A stretch of 64,000 bases of DNA from Amoebidium appalachense (taxonomy: Eukaryota > Protista > Ichthyosporea): contig CAVNZM010000007.1 of the NCBI GenBank assembly GCA_963693365.1, forward strand, positions 7,933,962 through 7,997,961. Reading direction: 5' to 3'. A model generated the notes under the pieces. That model searched no databases. It was given only the letters and a program-made list of their open reading frames with translations, and had not been told where the DNA came from. The translations under genes were made by a program, and so were the position numbers. Positions within the stretch are counted from its first letter, which is position 1. Each line of letters starts with the position of its first letter. Below are positions 27,276 to 40,892 of the stretch, piece after piece.

Positions 27276-28339
27276 TTTCGCCGTTGATGTCGAATAGAGC
27301 GAGTGTATATGCGTCCTGTGTTTTGAGCTGGCGTGAATAGTGGGAAAGGGCAAGGGTTTTCAGTTTACACAATTCCAGGTGTTGCCAGTTGGTGCGATCG
27401 TTTTCCTGGGTTCGACACCTGTAAAATGTCGACGTTGTGCACCTTGAACACTGCTCGGCGACGGTCAGACGGTCATGACTGTTGCTGTTGTTATTGTGGA
27501 ATTTGCCACACCTTCAGGAATTCCGAGTACTACCGTACATTCAGGCTTAACATGCATACTACTGTATATATTAGAGTGTAAAACCAGCAAAAAATATGCA
27601 TAAGTGCTTAGTTTTGGAAACTAGTAAACTGCATTTATATAAGAAATACATATTGAGAGAGACAATATTCAGAGCTTCGTGATACGTTCTGCGATATGGA
27701 GGTATTTGCCGCGCTCAACTCTTGCTTGTGGAGCCAATCGGTCGTCTCCCGGATGAAGCCGGACGCGGTCACGGGCCTGGCAGTCCCAGCGGTGTCCCTG
27801 GCTCAGCGGCGCCACGCACATCATTATTTAAAAAACTCTATATGTGTCTTGAGGTATGTACATGCAAGTGTATTTTTGACGGTTGACATATCCCCCTTTC
27901 ACCCAAAGCCCTGTGCGTTTATTTTTTTGGGTGTGAAGAGGAGAAGGTTCCACCATGGCCACGGATCTGGACTATGGAGGTTCCGCCGATCGAATTCCAT
28001 TCTCGCCGATCTCCAAGTCCGCATTTGAAATCAAATATCGATTAGTGGTTGGTTAATGGCATTATCTTATAACCATATAAAGATATACGTTTTCCTTGAA
28101 AACATTCTAAGGTTTAGTATCACACGTGACTAGAGGGTTTACATTACATACTCCAGCATAAAACCACTATAAACTGCATAGCGTTGCAACGGTTGCATGC
28201 AACTCTTGCCCGCTACATATGTGGGTGCGACAGCAGAAGCGATGTGTTTTCCCGCCAAACCTACCCTCACTCTCACCAAAACACTTTCACTTTGTGTTAT
28301 TCCATACTAGTAGCTTGAGCACAACCATTACCAGCAACC

Positions 28340-28762
28340 ATGAAGTTCTTCACAGCCCTTTTCGCAGTTTTTGCGCTTCTAATTGCGTCCGTTTCTGGCC
28401 AAGGAACCATTCTAAACGGCCAGGTGGACCCCTCCATCAATGTGTTGTTCAATGTATTCGTCTTCCGCCCACCAGGCACCGTGTGTCCGCTGACAGCCTT
28501 CCGCGTATGTGGCCACTGCCTTCCACAGGGGCTGTTTACGCCACTCACCAACAGCGTGTACCAGTGTGTGATTCAGTGCGGCACGGATGCCAACAAGCAG
28601 GCACAGCTCATCCAAGGAGGCTGCTCACGTATCCCCTGCCTACGCGCCTTGCAGCGGGTTTGTGGCCAGTGCTTGGTCCAGTCTACCGGGTCAGGTGTCG
28701 CGCGCTGTGCAATTGACTGCTGGAACAGGAACGCGGCGCAAATGCGCAGCCTTGGATGCTAA
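28340..28762 (+). CDS. Small secreted cysteine-rich protein (140 aa), paralog B
   Basis: Signal peptide MKFFTALFAVFALLIASVSGQ. Two internal repeats C-x2-A(L/F)..VCGxCL...C-x3-C...GC. Clear paralog of 26841-27275. Confidence 0.87.
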   Translation: MKFFTALFAVFALLIASVSGQGTILNGQVDPSINVLFNVFVFRPPGTVCPLTAFRVCGHCLPQGLFTPLTNSVYQCVIQCGTDANKQAQLIQGGCSRIPCLRALQRVCGQCLVQSTGSGVARCAIDCWNRNAAQMRSLGC

Positions 28763-29490
28763 ATGCTGGAGGAGAACCGCTGCAGGTCGACTCCCACTGG
28801 GCAGCTGCAAGTGTACCGTGGCAGGCTTTCTTAGTACATGTTGTTCTTTAATGTATAGGAGAAAGTGTGAGTGGCTTACAGCTACAGCTACCGTTTTCAC
28901 ACTCACTTTGGTGTTGAGTCCCCTCCCTGTTTCTTGTCAATATCTTATAAATGTCGTACAGAATCATTAGGTTATACTGTAACATCATCAAACCAATTAA
29001 TTTGAAAACCGGCATGTGCAGAACTGAAACATAGTAAGCACGTCACTAATAAACCTACCTGCCTGTGTTGTCACAGCTGACTATTACTTTACGTTGAGGA
29101 ACCGAGAGCAGCCATAAGCATTCTCTGAAAGTGTAAGTAATTGACTTCATCGTGCTCCAGGCAAACCTCCCCCCCCCCCCCCCCCCCCCCCCCCCCTTCT
29201 CCTGTGCCCTTTTCCTACCCGGCCGCGACCCTGTTCAATTTGCATACCCCTCTTTCCTTCCCCAACCCTTTCTCGCACCCACCCACCTCATCTCCATACA
29301 CTTTCCCTCCGAGCTTCACATAGCGTCGTATTTCCCAACTTCAATCCGCCAACTTGCGTGTGGGGCAAAGCAAGTGTACCTAGATGGTCGGCGCTGGAAC
29401 ACCAAGTTTACCACTGCACACCTTGTAAAAAAAGAGCTGTGGGCGGGGAGAGAGGGACAGGTCGGAGCGGGAGCGCCGGGGACCCCCTGT

Positions 29491-29521
<31 letters not shown>

Positions 29522-29671
29522 GAGGAGGGTCCGTCATAAAGGCTCAGGTGTGAAGATCAAAAGTGTGTGCTTCAGAAACTCGACCCACAGTAGTGCCTAG
29601 CTGCTACTAGTACCCCATGCCCCACCGGCACTGAGACCCACAGTCAGGTTCCCCTATTCAACTCTGAATGA

Positions 29672-29727
<56 letters not shown>

Positions 29728-31122
29728 CCCTAAACCCCCCCAACCCCCTTCCCCCCTGCCTCCTTTTTCCCACCATCCTCCTCAATGCTCAGTAATACCC
29801 GGGGGGGGGGGGGAGGAGGCGGAAGGGGAGAGGAGGGGGGAGGGGGGAGGGGGGAGCACAACTACTAGCGAAAGCAACAGGGCTACACTGCTGGCAGACG
29901 TGATTCCAGATTGGGCCCACAATGACCGCAACTTACTAAGTACTACTATGTCGTAGGCACCTGTGTGTGGGCATGTGCGCCCGCACCCCGTGTGCAGAAA
30001 TCCCCCACATTTACGTCTGAGCCCATGGAGGCTTGTTACAGTACAATTACTCTGTCTAGACACATACTTGCAATTCCATTGGCACACAATCTGTAACCTA
30101 CATTGGCGCACCGGCACAAGAGCACCACATGTGTATTTTTCTTACTGAAACCATCTTTATTCCCAAATGCAAACACTTGCCATTCCCACTTCGTTGGTGG
30201 GTTGCATTTTACTAGCAAACCCCCCCCCCCCCCCCCCCCCCCCCAAACGCCCTTTCCCCCCCCCACCTCTCCGTGGTGCCCCCCCACCCCTCCGTCGTGT
30301 ATATCAGGAAAGGACACATGAACAGGCGTTTTAAAACTTGTTAGTAAAAAGAAAAAGCAATAGTCATTCAGCCTGGCGATAAAGATAGACTAAGCGGCTC
30401 TTGACCCAAAAAGGAAAAGGGGGAGGGGGGCATATTCTCCTGGCACGTGTCCCCCCCCCCCCCCCCTTCCCCTTTGGGCCTCCCATCAAGCTTATGTGAT
30501 GTTTGGTTTGCACGGCTATATTTTGGTACTGGTAGGAGCGCTGCCCCTTGTGTGCATGTATGGCTTACTGCGCTTTCCAGCACGGCCACACACTAGACGA
30601 GAGGCGCCGGGCAGGCGTCCCTGAGATCATGTATAAGTATATGGATCACCCCCTTTCCCCTCCACCCCCGGCAGCCTCCAGGACCTTCTCCTTCCCCCCC
30701 CCCCACCTCCCCCCCCCCCCCCCCCCCCCCCCCCCGTCTTCTCCCCCCCCCCACACACACATCTCCAACCCCTTTTCCTTCCCCCGGCCCTTCTCCCCCC
30801 CCCCCCCCCCCCCCCCCCCCTTTCCGGCCCGCCCACTGGACTCGCCTACCTTCTGTGAGTCGTGCAATTGCAAGTCGGAGTCTCTTTGGAGTCCGGATTC
30901 TCCCCCCCCCCCCCCCCCCCCCCCCCCTGGATCCCTGGTGCTCTCCCCCGTACACTGTATCTCCGAGGCTGATTTCAATGATTACGAATTAACAATATTG
31001 TGCCAATCGACGCGTGGTGCTTCAACATCTACCATCGGATTCGAGTTGGGGGATTTCAGACCGTGGCGCTCGCCTGGTCACGGCTTTTTTTAGAGTCTTT
31101 CCTCGGTTTGCAGTGTCACAGT

Positions 31123-32086
<964 letters not shown>

Positions 32087-32445
32087 CATTTCAAAACTTA
32101 TAACAGTGTGACATTTGAAAGGTCTCGGATACCCGATTATCTGTTTTAAGAATACAGACTACCATATCAGCATTTGGTGGCGGTGGTGATGGTGGTTGTT
32201 GGTTGGTTTTTGTGGCAGGTGATGAAGTGAAGGGTGGGTTGGTGGTGGTGGTGGTGGTGTTGTGTGTGTGTGTGTGTTGGGGGGGGGGGGGGGGGGGGGG
32301 GAGGAATCGGACGTTTCATTAGGTTTCTGTTGCAGCTGTGTATTCGATGTGTATTTTTGCAATCCCTGGCCGACGACGCATATATGCAAAGAAAAACTGT
32401 CTTTTATTCCAATTGCATGCACACTTGTTAGAAAGTGTGAAAATG

Positions 32446-32890
32446 GTCACGACTGTGTGCATGTTCACTGCTATGTGCATGTACACGGTCGTATACTTTG
32501 TGCATGTCCATGACTGTGTGCATGTTCACTACTGTGTGCATGCTCCAAGCTGTGCGCATGTTCACTACTGTGTGCATGTTCACTGTTGTGTTCAAGGGTG
32601 CATGTTCACTGGATCTGTACGGTGTACATGTTCTCCACTGTGTGCATGTTCACTACTGTGTGCATGTTCACTACTGTGTGCATGCTCACTGCTGTGTGCA
32701 TGTTCACTGCTGTGCGCATGTTCACTGCTGTGCGCATGTTCACTGGATCTGTACTGTCTGCATGTTCACACTGTGTGCATGTTCACTACTGTGTGCAAGT
32801 TCACGCTCGCACACTGTGTGCATGGTCACTGCTGAGTACATGTTCGAACTTCACGGTACCGGTCCTATGCTGTCTGCATGTTCATTACTT
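32446..32890. repeat. 18-bp minisatellite (TGTGTGCATGTTCACTAC), ~20 degenerate copies
   Basis: CATGTTCACT(A/G)CTGTG(T/C)G repeats in tandem from ~32455 to ~32885. Confidence 0.85.
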
Positions 32891-33039
32891 TTGGGAAGTC
32901 AACTACTAAGGTTTGCATGTCCACAACTTTTTCCATGTTGATTGTATTACTGTGCGCATCATTCACTGTTGCTTGCGTTGTCACTAGATAGCAAAAGGGC
33001 GGCGTGTAGTGCACGGCCCCGGCATGTGCAGATTGTTAG

Positions 33040-33104
<65 letters not shown>

Positions 33105-33114
33105 ATTGGCAACC

Positions 33115-33150
<36 letters not shown>

Positions 33151-33197
33151 TGCCGGCCCCCAAAAGAAAAGACCTCAGAACCCTCCTCCCTCCCTCC

Positions 33198-33228
<31 letters not shown>

Positions 33229-33256
33229 ATCCAACAAAAAAACCCCTTTGGTGCGG

Positions 33257-33310
<54 letters not shown>

Positions 33311-33617
33311 GTAAAGATGCATATGTGTTGAGCCCAGGGACCGTTCAGGCTTTAAGATTCTAGACCTTAATCCGATTTACCTGAATGAGCTATAGCACCG
33401 TGTGAGTGACCCTTGTATATCATTCGAATCATCGGCAATGTTGGCTCATGAGCCGAAATGTAAAATCACACGGCACAGCATCAGGGAGTTGCATAGTTAT
33501 ACCCAAGAGCCAAATGTGAGGAACGTGACAGAAGAGGGGGACTCCGGGCGGGGGAGAAGGCGCCACGAAGGAGTAGCGGCCCGCGTATGTGGTGTGTGTG
33601 TGTACACGTATACATGT

Positions 33618-33686
<69 letters not shown>

Positions 33687-33994
33687 CTCGCGCGCGCACC
33701 GATGTGTGTAGCGTGTACATAGTAGCCCCATAGTTCGTGTAAATCCGATGATGTTTGCATGTGTGTGTGTGTGTGTGTGTGTGTGTCTCTCTCTCTCTCT
33801 CTCTCTATGTGTGTGTGTGTGTATTTATGTGTATGTGTGTGCATATTTGACGGTGTGTGTGCGCGTGCGCGCGTATGTGTGCGTGTTTGTTTTTTTTTGT
33901 TTTTTTTAAAAAAGTGAAACTTTCTCGATTTTTTGTAATACTGTCGTATGTCTGGCCTTCTAGATCTACACCATCGATAAATATATCAGGGCGG

Positions 33995-34031
<37 letters not shown>

Positions 34032-34640
34032 CTGCCCCCTTCCCCCCAACCCTCCTACAACTGCACGGCCTCTTTTCTGCCCCCCCTTCAGGGGTCCCTT
34101 GCTTTCACGAAAATAGGTGAATTCGAATTAGGTTCTAGAATCCTGGGGGTTCTCGGCCGTAGTGTTCATTATCCCCCCCCCCCCCCCTCCTTTCCACCTC
34201 CCCCCCGTCCTATGGGCCTTTTTTCTGGGCTACGGGAGGAGCTCTTTGTTTTGGTTTTTTGGTTTGTTTTGATTTTTTTGTTCGTTTTTTTTTTGTTGGG
34301 TAGGGAAGAGGGGGGGGGGAGGGAGGAGGGGGGACGGGACACACCAAAACTCACATACACCGTGCACTATGACACGGACACACACACAAACACACTGTGA
34401 TACACACACATACATGGCATACTACACACACACAAACAAACCCAGTGACAAATGAACACAGAATCGACATGTACACACATTTCTGCTCACATTTTCGCAC
34501 AGAAAGGTGCATCCGAGGGGAGTATCAATTAAGGTACGTGTCCGGCCCGGGCACCGTGGGGACATTAATTAAGCTTACACTCTTTCTCAGCCTGTGGCAC
34601 ACACACGCACACACGCACACGTACACGTGCACGCACGCGT

Positions 34641-34757
<117 letters not shown>

Positions 34758-34947
34758 GCACACGCCCGCACGCACGCACACATGCACAGAAGCTGAGAGA
34801 CGCACACACATGAACACACACACACATGTCACACACACACACACACACAAGCGCAGATTCTGAAGCATACACATACACGAACATACACACTGACACACAC
34901 ACATGTGTACACACACACACACACACACGCAGACGCACGCACGCATG

Positions 34948-35024
<77 letters not shown>

Positions 35025-35702
35025 TCACTCTTTTGGTCAACGAAGTAAAAGCTTCCGGAAAGCTTCAAGCTAACGGAAAAGAAATATGATCTGGCCAGAC
35101 TAAGTCTTGAACTTACTTTCAAAGTGCACAGGGATCGCCATCATCCCCCCTCCCCCCTCCCCCCTCCCCTCTCCAAACACCCATGCCCCCTCCCCCCCCC
35201 CCCCCCCCCCTCCCCTCCCCCCCCCCCCCCTCAAAAAAAAAAATAAAAAACTAAATAACCATGCCCCCCCCCCCCCCCCCCTCCGCCCCCTCCCCCTTCC
35301 CCCTCCCCCCCCAAACTATCTTAGGGATTCTTGAATTTGGAACGGGGAGGGGGTAAGTATTAACTGTGGGGGGGCGGGGACTCATCCCCCCCTTTGGACA
35401 GGTGGGTCCCCGGGGGGAGGGGGGGGGGGGGGGAGGGTGGACCCACCCATCCCTCCGGCCAGCAGGGAGAGGGGGGAGGGGGGGGGGGGGGGATACCCAC
35501 CCACCCCATAGGCTGCCAGCCCATGATGTGACTATACAGTACTATGATAATCAGCAGTGGTTTACATTCAAAGCCAAAACGTAAACATTGATGCTAACCG
35601 TTAGATAGGATTCCTTGATCACCTGAAACTCTGGCTACATGCCGTACAGTTATATTCCCCCCTTTCCCCCCCCCCCCCTCCCCTCCGGCACGAACGGGTG
35701 GG

Positions 35703-35737
<35 letters not shown>

Positions 35738-35744
35738 TGTGTGT

Positions 35745-35802
<58 letters not shown>

Positions 35803-35856
35803 CACTGTGTGTGTGTGTGTGTGTGTGTGTGCGTGCATGGGCATGTACGGGCGCGT

Positions 35857-35938
<82 letters not shown>

Positions 35939-36133
35939 ACGGGCGCGCGCGCGCTCGTGTGCGCATGTATGGGGGTGCGCGCGCGTGTGTGTGTGCGTGC
36001 ATGCCATGGGGGCTCGAGAGCGCACCCGAGTGTGTGTGTGTGTGACACTGTGTGTGTGTGTGTGCGTGTGTGTGTGTGTGTTTGCGTGTACGAGGGCGCA
36101 TGCGTTCGCGTATGAGCGTGTATGGCCGCGCGC

Positions 36134-36244
<111 letters not shown>

Positions 36245-36960
36245 TGCGTGTGTGTGTGCACGTGAGTGTGTGTGTGTGGGGGGGGCCCGGGTTGGGGGTT
36301 GGGGGGGGAGCCCGGTGGAGAGGGATATGTATCAGTGGCCAAACGGAGGCAATTGCTCCAAAAGGGAAAAAAAAAAAAAGAGAGGGAAGTAGCGAATACC
36401 GTCTTTGGTGGGTGGAAAAGAGACTTTTAATGCCATGATCACGCGCATAGATGTGTGTGTGCGTGTGTTTGGGGGGGGGGGGGGGGGGGGGGGGGGGGAC
36501 CCATCCATTTTAGCAGCTACGGGGGGGGGGGGGGGAGGAGGAGGGGGGGGGGGGGGGGGAGGGGGGTACCACCAGGGGGGACGTCGATATTTACTGTCTC
36601 TCCCCCCCACATTTCAAATTCAAAAATCCTTTTTTTTCTCTCCAAAAATCCATATTTTTCCCCAACTGAGGTTCAGTAGCCCCTGGAATCTCAAATTTTT
36701 CTTCAACATCTAGTAATAATCATGATTATCAGTAGGGGAATTATCTTAATCCTGAATGACGCCTGTACCCCCCCCCCCCCCCCCCCCCCTCCCCCACGAG
36801 AAGCCCCCCCCCCCCCCCCCCCCCCCCTCCCCTCCCCCCTCCTCCCCCCTTCCCCACTGCCTCCCCCGCCGCGCATGGCCTTCCACCTTCAGTACACGTG
36901 GACAACACGGCCGCATGAACTTGATACTTGAAACCAGACGTTGGGGGGCGTTCCCGGGGG

Positions 36961-37037
<77 letters not shown>

Positions 37038-38205
37038 CATAATATGTATACGTGTAGTCAGGAATCGGGGTTCGATCAATAATAGTAGACTACAGTGTAC
37101 ATAGCAAGATGTACGGAAACACCGTGCACGTGCCACATGTACATAATACCGTCGCCGCGTGAGTCACGAGATGTGCTTCACCACGCGTGCGGTGCCACAC
37201 TCTCATCACTCGAGCGCTAGCTGCAGGCCTGCATATCTACCGCACATGTATGTGCACCCTTCCGTTTGCACCGAGTAGCCTATCTATCATACGAACAGAT
37301 TGTGGGCAAGCAGTGCACGTGTACATACAAGTTCGGATAAATCTACTACAGCTGATCATCGCGGTGCGCTATTAAGAAAGTTATATATGCTGGCCGCGGG
37401 AATCCCATAACTTATAATTAGCCTTAGTGCACTGTTCGGGAGCCTGCAGCTGCGTGTTGCCAACTCTACTAAAACCGTGTCGACTGCGCATGCAGGCCGG
37501 TGCCGGTATGTAGTAGTGATGTTTTATGTAGCCTATTGCATAAAAAAATATTTGCATGCGCATACTCCAGTATCGAAATTTCTATGCATACATCTGCCAT
37601 ATTATTTTTATTTTTTGGTAGCTGGCCATGCGTGCGTAGGTGCGCTGTGCATGACACCTAGTGCATGACAGCACAGGCCTTTTTTGGCTCGCTAGCTTGG
37701 CCCCTGCAGTAGATCTACCTTATTGTACATATATGTAGCTATTCCGCAATATATTATTGGTTGAACGCGCATCCTGAATCCGAGCGAGGTAAATTTCAAC
37801 AAATCAGGCTTATGTTGTGCGCGGTTTGTCTTTAGCACAAGCACAGCGCCGTGGCCCGTGTTTTCAACCCCTATACATGTTGTTGGAAGTAAACATGTAT
37901 TCTGTAACTTACATTTATCTGATTCGGGTAGCTTTGGTATATTGCAGGTGCTGCTGGCAACAAAAACCGGTAGAGCAAGCAGCAAATTGGTGCATGCATG
38001 CGCACCTCATGATGTACACATATATACGCACAGCCGGCTCAGCCGGCTCAGAAACTGACCACTGCACTGACTGCAGGCTTCGCTGACAAGATGAGGATGC
38101 AGGGCCCAGGTTCGAACCAAAGATCATCTAAAACATTACTAGATCCAAAAATGCAACAAAAATAAGAATGTACGCCACTATGTAGTGACTACTAGTCAAG
38201 CTAAA

Positions 38206-38223
38206 GAATTCGCGAATTCGAAT
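38206..38223. promoter_or_regulatory. Palindromic motif GAATTCGCGAATTC(GAAT) upstream of BT1 copy 1
   Basis: 14-bp perfect palindrome ~520 bp upstream of ATG 38734. The same 18-mer occurs at 58871 upstream of BT1 copy 2. Confidence 0.4.
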
Positions 38224-38733
38224 TCTGATGATATTATTAGAACCGCTCCTTGAAAAGATATTCTGCACTCCTCTAATAGCTCGAGACATGCAAATCATTT
38301 GAGGAATGCTGTATTCACAACCCAGTTCGTAATGCACGTGGACAGCCACTCGGACCCGTGATAGAACACTTGTTTAGTTGTGCACATTTCAACGGCATAA
38401 ACAATTTTGAAAAAATAAAATAAAATCCGAAAAGTTTGTAATAAAATAAATAAAAGGAGCTGGGCCATGGAATGAGCATTGGTCCTATAGACTCCTAGTA
38501 CATCGTGCTCGCCCAATCACGTCTCGTCAATAGATCTGGGGCGATATCACCAGTGATTTGCATGCTTACCTAGTGGCGCTCCCAGATTCAAAGCTGGCAG
38601 GCATGACCCATAAAACCAGCCGCCACTGGCTTTGACTCTTCATATTGGCTAGAGCTTTCAAGGTCTTGTTCCAACCAGCTGTGGTTTCCCTTGGTATTCC
38701 TCTCTAGCTTGCGTTTCGCAGCCCGTCGCGAGA

Positions 38734-40530
38734 ATGTCGGGCTCGCAGTCTAAGACCAAGATTGCGGTCAACGAGAATCCTGCAGCCGACGATGGCGCAG
38801 CCCGGTTCGAGCAGTTCAAGCGCGACCACCCCGAGTGGTACTATGTGCTGCCCGACAACCCAACTATTAGCGAGCGCCTAACGGCGCCCATCCACTACAC
38901 AAAGATGTACTGGGTGAGAGTGCTGGACCAGTTCGGCTGGCGCTTTGTTGTCGTCCTCTGCTCCGCCTACTTCGGCATCAAGGGTTTCCTCTACGCACTG
39001 CTTGGTTACGGTCAGCTCCCCTACTTCCTCATGCACATGCAGGTGGACAGTGTTGACTATCAGATTTACGGCTTGATTGCTACTACTCCTTGGTCAATGA
39101 AGGCTCTGATGGGTTTCGTGTCTGACACAATGCCCATCCGCGGCTACCTCAAGAAGTACTACCTCGTTGGGTTCGCTCTGTTCGGTAGTATTTGCTTCCT
39201 CGTGCTTGGTCTCTGGGACATCCCCAAGGACTTGGCCTACGTTGCTGCCATCATGTTCTTCCTTGGCCACTTCGAGACGGCCCTGGTCGACCTTCTGGTT
39301 GAGGGCCGCTATGCCGAGCTGATGGTCAAGAACCCCGAGACCTCGTCCGACATTGTCACCATCGTGTGGACCACCTACTTCATCGGCGGTCTGCTGGCCA
39401 CTTGGACGGTCGGTCCCCTCTCTGACAAGTATGACGAAACCGAAAACGCCTGGTACCTGAAGGGCATGTTCCTTGCTGGCGCCCCCTTTGCCGTGCAGAT
39501 TGCCGTCCCCATCCTTCTCAACTTTCTGGGCGAGACCCCTCTGCCCCACCACCTGCGTGGCTTCCAGACCGCCAAGTGGAACAAGCATCGCCGCATCTTC
39601 ATCCTGGCCATCGTCATGGGTCTTGGTGCCCTGTCGCTATCTGCCTTCAGTCTCATCAACCGCCGTGTGATTATTCCCAACCTGCAGCTCACCGGTGCCA
39701 TGACTCAGGTGCCCGTGATGATCTACGTTGCCTTCATTGTCACAGTCATGACCTTTTTTGCCTACTGGGCCCTCCCCAAGGTCGTTGCCAACGCCCTCAT
39801 CTTCAAGTTCCTCGGCCCCGCCTGCTACCTCTCAATCGGCGGTCCCCTCGATATCTTCTACAGCGGCTCTGCCAAATGCACTGGTGAGGATGGCCCCCAG
39901 TTCAGCCAGTCCTACTATATCTCCTTGTCTGGTACCATCTCGTCTCTCTGCGGCTTCCTCGGTGTGACCCTCTTCCAGGCAATCATGTCTGAGTGGGAGT
40001 TCCGCCCCTGCTTCTGGGTCAGCACTGTGCTGCAGTGTGTTGCCGCCATGGTGGACATCATCATGGTTAAGCGCTGGAACACGGCCATTGGCATCCCCGA
40101 CAAGGTGATGTACATGTTGGGCAACAACATTGTGGCCACTGTCGTCGATATGCTCCACTTCATGCCCGGTGTCGTGCTGATCTCCAAGCTGTGCCCCAAG
40201 GGTCTCGAGTCCACCCTCTATGCCCTGCTTGCCGGCTTCTCCAACTTCGGCAGTCAGGTGGCCAAGGCCGTCGGTACCTTCCTCATCCCCGTGTTCGGCA
40301 TCAGCATGAAGCAGAACGGGCCCTGCACGTACGACAACCTTGCCCTGCTCATTGCCATCTGCCACATCATTGTGCCCCTCATCACCATCCCCGCCACATT
40401 TGTGCTTCTGCCCAAGGCCCGCCTGACGGACCCTCTCTTCCCCGACCAGTTCCACATGAAGTATGAGGAAGAGGAGGCCACCGATGTTGCCCTGGAGAGC
40501 ACCGCACAGGTGAACACCGAGAAAAAGTGA
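38734..40530 (+). CDS. BT1 family folate-biopterin transporter (MFS), copy 1, 598 aa, intronless
   Basis: About 12 hydrophobic segments. Motifs TPWSMKALMGFVSDTMPIRGY, DLLVEGRYAELM and MPGVVLISKLCPKGLESTLYALLAGFSNFG are characteristic of BT1/FBT transporters. Strong GC3 bias. Confidence 0.9.
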   Translation: MSGSQSKTKIAVNENPAADDGAARFEQFKRDHPEWYYVLPDNPTISERLTAPIHYTKMYWVRVLDQFGWRFVVVLCSAYFGIKGFLYALLGYGQLPYFLMHMQVDSVDYQIYGLIATTPWSMKALMGFVSDTMPIRGYLKKYYLVGFALFGSICFLVLGLWDIPKDLAYVAAIMFFLGHFETALVDLLVEGRYAELMVKNPETSSDIVTIVWTTYFIGGLLATWTVGPLSDKYDETENAWYLKGMFLAGAPFAVQIAVPILLNFLGETPLPHHLRGFQTAKWNKHRRIFILAIVMGLGALSLSAFSLINRRVIIPNLQLTGAMTQVPVMIYVAFIVTVMTFFAYWALPKVVANALIFKFLGPACYLSIGGPLDIFYSGSAKCTGEDGPQFSQSYYISLSGTISSLCGFLGVTLFQAIMSEWEFRPCFWVSTVLQCVAAMVDIIMVKRWNTAIGIPDKVMYMLGNNIVATVVDMLHFMPGVVLISKLCPKGLESTLYALLAGFSNFGSQVAKAVGTFLIPVFGISMKQNGPCTYDNLALLIAICHIIVPLITIPATFVLLPKARLTDPLFPDQFHMKYEEEEATDVALESTAQVNTEKK

Positions 40531-40855
40531 TTTCTTTTGACCTACAATTGAATAGAGTTTTTCTAGTCTTAATACTAAGACTTAGTTTCGAAGGTTTGCT
40601 ATAATGGTTTTAAGCGACTAAGTCTGTAAGCATTCCCCCCATCTGGTTTTCTTCTAAATTAAATGGTAGCCTGGGCTACCTAGTACGTAGCAGTACGTAG
40701 CTCTGTACGTAGCACAGGGCAAAAATAATAAATACCGAAGTTTGTTGTATGTATTGCTCTTTCGATTTGTACACGAACAGCATGCAGTGTCACCTGTACG
40801 GCACCAGCTCATGCACCATGATACTGTCACCCCACAGACTCACACACACACACAT

Positions 40856-40892
<37 letters not shown>

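Noticed and set aside
26841-27353. 170-aa version of small protein A from the ORF track
   Set aside because: It starts at a non-ATG codon. ATG 27275 gives a signal peptide and matches the paralog.
38100-38120. B-box-like GGTTCGAACC (similar motifs near 2487 and 27409) as tRNA or SINE
   Set aside because: No A-box at proper spacing and no cloverleaf.
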